A DNA stretch of 51,933 nucleotides from a virus (taxonomy: Duplodnaviria > Caudoviricetes). The notes beneath the pieces are model-generated. The model saw only the letters and a list, made by a program, of their open reading frames with translations, had not been told where the DNA came from and did not search any database. The translations under genes and the position numbers were made by a program. Positions 46,296 to 51,933 of the stretch are shown one piece after another (positions within the stretch are counted from its first letter, which is position 1; each line of letters starts with the position of its first letter). Where the stretch lies: positions 1 to 51,933 of IMG/VR virus record IMGVR_UViG_3300043707_000134; one strand, written 5' to 3'.

Positions 46296-48617
46296 CTACC
46301 AAGTGACGTTCTGCATCCAAGCCACCACGCCGGTCCGCCTGAGCGCCCAGTTCATCGGGAGGATCAAGCGAAGGGCCAGCGTGTCCGTCTGCCAGAGGCT
46401 GCGCACCGGAGCAGCGGGCTCACCGCCGTCAACGATCGGCTCGGGTGTCGTATCCTCCTCGTGCAGCGTGGCCTGGTCGGAGACCTCAAACCTCGGAGCG
46501 TCTCCACCCACGGCGACGAAGTCCGCCGCGTCAACCACCATCACAGTGCCAAGCGGCACCGTTCCACTGTCGATGATCGGCCAGCCGCGGAGGTTGCCCG
46601 CGGACAGCTCGGCCGCAAACGGGAACGCACTCATGCCCGGCATTGGGATGAGGCCCGCAGTCATAACCTGCTGCGGGTTCATAATCCAACACGGGACGCG
46701 AATGTTCCCACGAGTGCCTGTCAGTAGCGCACCCGTAAGGAGCTTGATGTCACCAACGAGCGCGTTAAAGCCGCCGCCGGTGGTCGCCGTCAGCGCCGTG
46801 ACTCCCTGCACGAGGCCGGCGGGCCGTACCGCCGTCGCGGCGTTGCTATCTAGCAGAACCGTGTCGATGGCAACCGCCGTATCCTCCTGGATGGCCTGTC
46901 GCAGGAGACCCTCGATGGCCGGGATTGAGTGCTCGTCGATCTCCCTCGTCCACGTCGTAATAACCGCCATCTTCTTTGGCGTTAAGACTTGCGAGGTGAA
47001 CTGACCGACGCGCACCGGAATGGGCTGACCCTCTCCGACGAACGAACCGGCAATGGTGGGGGTCAGGCTCCTGGTCGGAATAACGATGCGCCCATTGCGC
47101 CCGAACCCCATCGAGAGCCCGAGGCCAGCGAGCCTAGGGAAGATGCTCTTGTGGGTCAGGATGTTCATGAACGCAGTAGTCACCTGCTGGACCAGCTCTG
47201 CGGCCCAACCGGTCACCGTCGTCATGGCCGGCGGGCTGGTGGCCTTCGTGATCCAGTCCGTTACGGCCTTAGTGGCCTCGTCGTCGCCGTAGACCATGCG
47301 GCGGCAACTGTCGAGATCGCGCTTGGTGATGTGAGAGTAGAGCGCGATCGCTCCAGCGCGAGCCAGATAGTCGAGCGGCTCTACCTTCTTCGACGGTATC
47401 CCAAACGGGCGCGGCGGAGAGAATGGCTGCCTCGCCTCGGCCGGTACGACGCTGCGCGAGGCCATCGCGAGCTCAGTGGTCTTCTGAGTCGAGCCGGCCA
47501 AGTGCTTCTCCGCGTTCACCAGCGCCTCGAGGCCCTTCTCCTCCTGGGTGATCCTCTCGTGAAGCTGATTAGAGGTCTCGAGTTGCGCATCGGAGACGTT
47601 CGTGTCATCGATCGCCTCCATGTGGACTTTCAACTTATCGCGAAGGTCAGTGATCCTGGCCCTCGCGTCGACAATTCTTTGGGAAAGCGATATCGTCATC
47701 GCTCTACCCTCCTCACGTTTAGGGGTGGTGGCATGCCCGCCGGTTGACCCCTCGCGAGTTACGAGATGCTGCCCATTGCCATGCCCGGCGAACACCATCT
47801 CAATCGTTTCGGGGGAGATGTGAAGTGACTTTGCTACGGAGAGCGCGTTCGGGTTCGCCGGCACCGCGACCAGCGAGCACTCCACGAGCTCCTGCTTGGA
47901 GTACTTGGTTCCGTTCCAAGGCGCCTCTACGTTTATCGGACTGCCCACCTTCGGCTTAAAGCCGACGGAGACGGCGCGCAGGATGCCGGCCTCGACCAGC
48001 GCCCGAATCTCATCTATCCTGGGGCTGGCGCCAGCGGGAGCCAGCTCGAGCGTGCCCCTGAGCTGCTTGCCATCCACCTTTACGTCGCGCCACTTCCCGA
48101 TCGGAAAGCCAGACTGGTGGGAGAACAGCGCGATCGGGTTCTTCCTGAACTCGGCCACATCCCAGCCCGCGCTCTCGATCACATCGCCCATCCTGTCCGG
48201 GGTCTCGTCGGACATGACGAAGTCCATCCCGGTGAGCTTGCCGGCGTGGGTCTTGTGGATCATGTGCTCGTAACTCTCGTCAGAGGTGCCGTTGCCATCC
48301 TCGCCGCCGTCATCGGGCTCTCCGTTAGGATTGTCCGCCGTGTCCTCCCACGTATTCTCGCAGTCGGCCCTGCTGTTGCCGTCCGCCTGGCAGCGATCCA
48401 TCCAGTCCGAGTGGCTCTCCGAAGGGGCGGGCGTAAGGCTGAGCTTGATGGAGGTCTTCGCGGTCTTTGCCGGTGGCTTGCCGCCGTGCTCCTCGCGCCA
48501 GTAGCCCAGACAGATTGCCACCGCCTGCTCCTGCGGACGGTCTCCGGTGAACGTCTCGTGCATGCAGCGAGCCATGAACTCGGACTGACTCTCGTCCTTA
48601 TGCGGCTTCATCGGCAT
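46296..48617 (-). CDS. prohead protease - major capsid protein fusion (HK97 fold)
   Basis: Protease DRMGDVI..NPIALFSH..PIGKW..AVSVGF..ELVECSLVAVPANP; coiled-coil delta region; capsid FVGEGQPIP..LTPKKM..SLWQTDTLALR. Confidence 0.93.
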   Translation of the reverse strand: MPMKPHKDESQSEFMARCMHETFTGDRPQEQAVAICLGYWREEHGGKPPAKTAKTSIKLSLTPAPSESHSDWMDRCQADGNSRADCENTWEDTADNPNGEPDDGGEDGNGTSDESYEHMIHKTHAGKLTGMDFVMSDETPDRMGDVIESAGWDVAEFRKNPIALFSHQSGFPIGKWRDVKVDGKQLRGTLELAPAGASPRIDEIRALVEAGILRAVSVGFKPKVGSPINVEAPWNGTKYSKQELVECSLVAVPANPNALSVAKSLHISPETIEMVFAGHGNGQHLVTREGSTGGHATTPKREEGRAMTISLSQRIVDARARITDLRDKLKVHMEAIDDTNVSDAQLETSNQLHERITQEEKGLEALVNAEKHLAGSTQKTTELAMASRSVVPAEARQPFSPPRPFGIPSKKVEPLDYLARAGAIALYSHITKRDLDSCRRMVYGDDEATKAVTDWITKATSPPAMTTVTGWAAELVQQVTTAFMNILTHKSIFPRLAGLGLSMGFGRNGRIVIPTRSLTPTIAGSFVGEGQPIPVRVGQFTSQVLTPKKMAVITTWTREIDEHSIPAIEGLLRQAIQEDTAVAIDTVLLDSNAATAVRPAGLVQGVTALTATTGGGFNALVGDIKLLTGALLTGTRGNIRVPCWIMNPQQVMTAGLIPMPGMSAFPFAAELSAGNLRGWPIIDSGTVPLGTVMVVDAADFVAVGGDAPRFEVSDQATLHEEDTTPEPIVDGGEPAAPVRSLWQTDTLALRLILPMNWALRRTGVVAWMQNVTW

Positions 48618-48771
48618 GGTTCAACTCCTCGTCATACACTCCAGGCTCGAGGTCGGCTAGGGGAGTACCCTTAACCTCTGCCGGCTCGAGCTCGATGGGA
48701 GTGCCGTTCACGACCCAATACACATCTCCATCCTCGGTCACCCAATAACCGTTACGAGGTAGCGAACTCAA
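48598..48771 (-). CDS. 57-aa acidic protein (not in ORF track)
   Basis: TTG start overlapping upstream TGA; hand translation MSSLPRNGYWVTEDGDVYWVVNGTPIELE...ADEAA*. Confidence 0.5.
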   Translation of the reverse strand: MSSLPRNGYWVTEDGDVYWVVNGTPIELEPAEVKGTPLADLEPGVYDEELNHADEAA

Positions 48772-49541
48772 GGAATGGCCCTCACCTTTATAAGAGCATC
48801 CTTGAACACCTCCTCTACCCGCTCCTTCTTCATGCCACCGAAATATCTCTGCGTACCAGTCTGCTTCGGATTGTGAGCCACCGCGTAGAGTTCTGCGAAG
48901 GTCTCTCTCGGATCACTGATGTAATACTGTCCGCGGCTCTGCTCCTTCTTCGTCATCTTGTCGATGCCGGCCGTCATCTCTCGATAGATTTTTGAGTGCT
49001 CCTTCCAATCGCCGGAGTGATCCAGCGCGTGACCAAGCTCGTGAACGGTGTTGTGCTCGATGTTCTTGATTGAGATCGTATACTCCTGTCCCGACTTCCC
49101 CTTCAAGACTATGCTCTGGGGTATCTCTATCATCGGCCTGCCACCGTGCCACGAGAACAGTCCAACATCCTTCGCTCCACCACCCTTAGCGAAGTCTCTG
49201 TTGGTCGCGAGCACATCCACGGGCACGTTCTTGAGCCTCTCTGCGTGAGTCGCTGGGATAGCATCGACCGCGGACTGAACTCTATTCTTGGCTTGAGTTG
49301 AAACGCCCTTGGCCGCAGCCAACTTCGGCTTGCCCTTCGGCTGCTGGCCCTCACTAGGCTTCTCGGGCTTGCCTCCACCGCTAGGCTTCTCTCCGCCTCC
49401 AGAGTCGCCACCACCTCCTCCGTCAGTCCACTTACCATCCTCGTCGCGCGGCTGGTCGGGATCGAACTTCTCGCTCCTCTTGGCGAAGTACCTGACCCAG
49501 TACTCCAAGACCTTATCGCGCTTTGGCGGCCTTGCGTCCAT
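48768..49541 (-). CDS. zincin-like metallopeptidase with N-terminal FDPDQPRDxxGKW motif
   Basis: HELGHALD (HExxH) plus downstream ETFAE; Gly/Pro/Lys linker. Confidence 0.75.
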   Translation of the reverse strand: MDARPPKRDKVLEYWVRYFAKRSEKFDPDQPRDEDGKWTDGGGGGDSGGGEKPSGGGKPEKPSEGQQPKGKPKLAAAKGVSTQAKNRVQSAVDAIPATHAERLKNVPVDVLATNRDFAKGGGAKDVGLFSWHGGRPMIEIPQSIVLKGKSGQEYTISIKNIEHNTVHELGHALDHSGDWKEHSKIYREMTAGIDKMTKKEQSRGQYYISDPRETFAELYAVAHNPKQTGTQRYFGGMKKERVEEVFKDALIKVRAIP

Positions 49542-49544
49542 GGC

Positions 49545-51161
49545 CTAGGCGATCAGCGCCGTTACGTCTAGCACCTTGGTGTTGGCGGCAACCGTGGCCA
49601 CGGCAATCGCCATGGCCATCGCCACCAGAGCATCGATCTTCCCGCCGCTCTTGCTCTTGTCAAACTTCCTCCCGCCCGCCGGGTCCTTGACGACCACCGC
49701 ATTCGCGGCGCACATGCTTAGGACGGGGTGGCCGCCGTGGCGCAGCCGCCTCGTAACAATCATTCGCTCTACGATGTCTACCGCAGGAGTCATGTCCTTG
49801 AACCCCTGCCCGTAGGGCTGGAGAGGGACGGCGCAGCCGATGTCGTCGAGGGCCCGCTTGAGCTCCGGCATCTTCCAGCGATCGAAGGCGAGCATCTTGA
49901 TCGGGTTCCTCTGGTTCAGCTCGGCGATCTTCTTCGCGATCACCCGCGGGTCTGTCGCCTCCCCGATGTGGGCGAGGAGGCCCTTCCTGATCCACTCGTC
50001 GTACGGGGCGCGGTCCTCATCGATCCTGCGCTTCACCTCCCCAGGTATCCAGACGTACGGGACGACGCTGGTGTTGGTCGTAACCGGGTCCTCGTAGGCA
50101 AGGACGAGCGCGGAGAGGTCGGAGGTCTGGCCCAGGTCGAGGCCCGCGTACACGTGGGCTCCCGCCGGTATCTCTGGCGGTGTGGCGCACGCCTTCCACC
50201 CGTGCATGTCCACGAAGCGGCTCTCCGACGCCACCCGCTGGTTCAGGATCAGATTGCGAAACGCGTTCTCGCGAGAGGGCATCCGCTCCGCCTGCTGAGC
50301 CAACCGCTCCACATCCTCAAGGCTCCTAAAGTCACCCAGAGCTGGGTTGGCCTTGCGCCAGGCGGCGCGCTTGAACGGGTCGTCCTGCGGGTCGGCCGCG
50401 TAGAGCGTGAGGTGAAAGGAGGTGTCGATCACCTCCCTCCGGTGCAGCCGCAGCCCGTAGTCAATCAACTGGGAGAGGAGCGCATTGTCGTCGGCCGCTT
50501 GGGTGGAGATGATCAGCATGAGGGGATCGCGCCTGCCGCCCATCGCCGAGTCCATCGCATCGTACAGGTCGCGGTCCCTGGCCTGGCCAAGCTCGTCGTA
50601 CACCACGAAGGAGGGATTCAGCCCCATCTTAGTCGATGCCTCTCTTGATAGAGCAGCGTAGGTGCTGCCATTCCTGACGTCCTCGATCTCCTTCTTGAAC
50701 TTGCTCGTGTTAGTCCGCAGGTCGAGCCACTGGTGCTTGCGAATCATCGCCCACATTTCCGCGAATATCTTGCTCGCCTGGAAGCGATCGTTCGCGCAGG
50801 AGTAGACCTCTCCGCGCGGCTCCGCCTCCGGGCCGCAGAGGTGGGCCAGAGCCAAGGCCGCCGCCAATTGCGTTTTGCCGTTCTTGCGACCGACGGAGAG
50901 CACGGCAGTCCTAACGAGGCGCCTGTTGCTCGCGTCCGTTCGGTAGACCCTGGTGATGAACTCTCTCTGCCACGGCCGGAGCTGGAGCCTCTCACCCGCT
51001 AGGGGCCCGCTCGTAATCGTAAGGTCCTCGCAGAACTTGATCACCCGCTCCGCCCTGGTGAGCTTGCGGTTGTCCCACGCAAACCTGACCTTGCCGTCGT
51101 ACTCCGCCATGTCGTAGCGGTCTCTGCGCTTGACCTCTGCGCCCTTGCCGCGAGCTCCCAT
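49545..51161 (-). CDS. terL: terminase large subunit
   Basis: LRPWQ, GRKNGKT, VVYDEL, ISTQA, ANPALG, GLDL..TSDLSA, KIDALVA. Confidence 0.95.
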   Translation of the reverse strand: MGARGKGAEVKRRDRYDMAEYDGKVRFAWDNRKLTRAERVIKFCEDLTITSGPLAGERLQLRPWQREFITRVYRTDASNRRLVRTAVLSVGRKNGKTQLAAALALAHLCGPEAEPRGEVYSCANDRFQASKIFAEMWAMIRKHQWLDLRTNTSKFKKEIEDVRNGSTYAALSREASTKMGLNPSFVVYDELGQARDRDLYDAMDSAMGGRRDPLMLIISTQAADDNALLSQLIDYGLRLHRREVIDTSFHLTLYAADPQDDPFKRAAWRKANPALGDFRSLEDVERLAQQAERMPSRENAFRNLILNQRVASESRFVDMHGWKACATPPEIPAGAHVYAGLDLGQTSDLSALVLAYEDPVTTNTSVVPYVWIPGEVKRRIDEDRAPYDEWIRKGLLAHIGEATDPRVIAKKIAELNQRNPIKMLAFDRWKMPELKRALDDIGCAVPLQPYGQGFKDMTPAVDIVERMIVTRRLRHGGHPVLSMCAANAVVVKDPAGGRKFDKSKSGGKIDALVAMAMAIAVATVAANTKVLDVTALIA

Positions 51162-51163
51162 GA

Positions 51164-51619
51164 TTACGCTCTCGGATAGTTGGGAAACAACCAGACCAGA
51201 ATCGGCGTGAGCACCGCGAGGATGGTTACGAGCGTCCCCTCAGTGATGCCCGGGCTGTAGCCGGTCCACACCTCTACGATGACCAGAGCCGACATGACGA
51301 AGGCTATGATCGCCTTGTTGTACGCTGACAGTTCTCCCATGAGTCCTGGTCTCCCTGCTTGGTGTATCGCGTGCAGCGCCGCAAGCGAGAGGCTGAGCTG
51401 CCGCAATAGACCAGAGTTGAGCGGGTCCTTCGTCACCCCCGTAATGATCTGCTCGACCTGCTTGATGGCATCTTTGGCCGGCTCGATGACCTGCTTCACC
51501 TCACTGATCGCTGTGTTCACCTGGTTCGTAACAGACTTGACTTGGTCCACAGTCTGGCGCCCCCGCTCCACCTGCGTCTGGACCTGCTTGATCAGGTTGT
51601 TTATCTGATTGAGATTCAA
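51164..51619 (-). CDS. membrane protein with C-terminal two-TM holin-like segment; possible internal start at 51340
   Basis: MGELSAYNKAIIAFV...LTPILVWLFPN preceded by GGAGA/AGGA; upstream part is Q/V-rich coiled coil with TTG start. Confidence 0.55.
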   Translation of the reverse strand: MNLNQINNLIKQVQTQVERGRQTVDQVKSVTNQVNTAISEVKQVIEPAKDAIKQVEQIITGVTKDPLNSGLLRQLSLSLAALHAIHQAGRPGLMGELSAYNKAIIAFVMSALVIVEVWTGYSPGITEGTLVTILAVLTPILVWLFPNYPRA

Positions 51620-51706
51620 CCTCTACCTCTCGTCCCCGCCTTCGCAGCCAACCCTAGCGAGAATACCTCCCTACTTAAGGGCTCCCCTAGGGCTCCTCTA
51701 CCCAAC

Positions 51707-51889
51707 CTAGGGAGACCCCCACAGGATCAGCACCACTATGAAGCCAACCACCGCAACAACGACCGCGATCGCTATCGCGTGCCTCTGCGACTCGGTCAAG
51801 CCAAACTCTCTCCCGCGGCCTGGAGCACAAACGCAGCAAGGATGGCTGCGGCAGCGAGGAGGATCAGCGTGCCAACTGCTACGAGCCAT
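51707..51889 (-). CDS. small membrane protein
   Basis: C-terminal hydrophobic helix; start uncertain. Confidence 0.45.
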   Translation of the reverse strand: MARSSWHADPPRCRSHPCCVCAPGRGREFGLTESQRHAIAIAVVVAVVGFIVVLILWGSP

Positions 51890-51933
51890 AGCAGTTGGTT
51901 GAAGTCCTGGCGAGCCGGGAGGACTGCTTCCAT

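Overview
A large part of a tailed dsDNA phage genome, GC-rich and probably infecting an alphaproteobacterium (host is inference). Bases 1-15.9 kb are a + strand early/accessory arm of small genes, HTH proteins, a DUF932-like protein and an SNF2 helicase. Bases 16.2-51.9 kb are a - strand late arm: terminase large subunit, HK97-type protease-capsid fusion, portal, Mu-like contractile tail and baseplate, several fibre/LamG proteins and a lysis cassette. The main finding is an RNA-guided system with TIGR-Tas architecture. A nuclease-less Nop/IS110-related protein (4653-5603, TasA-like) is followed directly by a 20-unit array of about 36-nt dual-spacer repeats (AGCGNGCC-N10-AGNGACCC-N10). A 2-unit mini-array lies at 7385-7456 and a 40-unit orphan array at 14429-15868, about 62 putative guides by my manual count. 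Separately, seven copies of a covarying, two-fold structured element separate the small genes in the first 3.8 kb like cassette borders. All family names come from motif recognition by eye; no database search was run.
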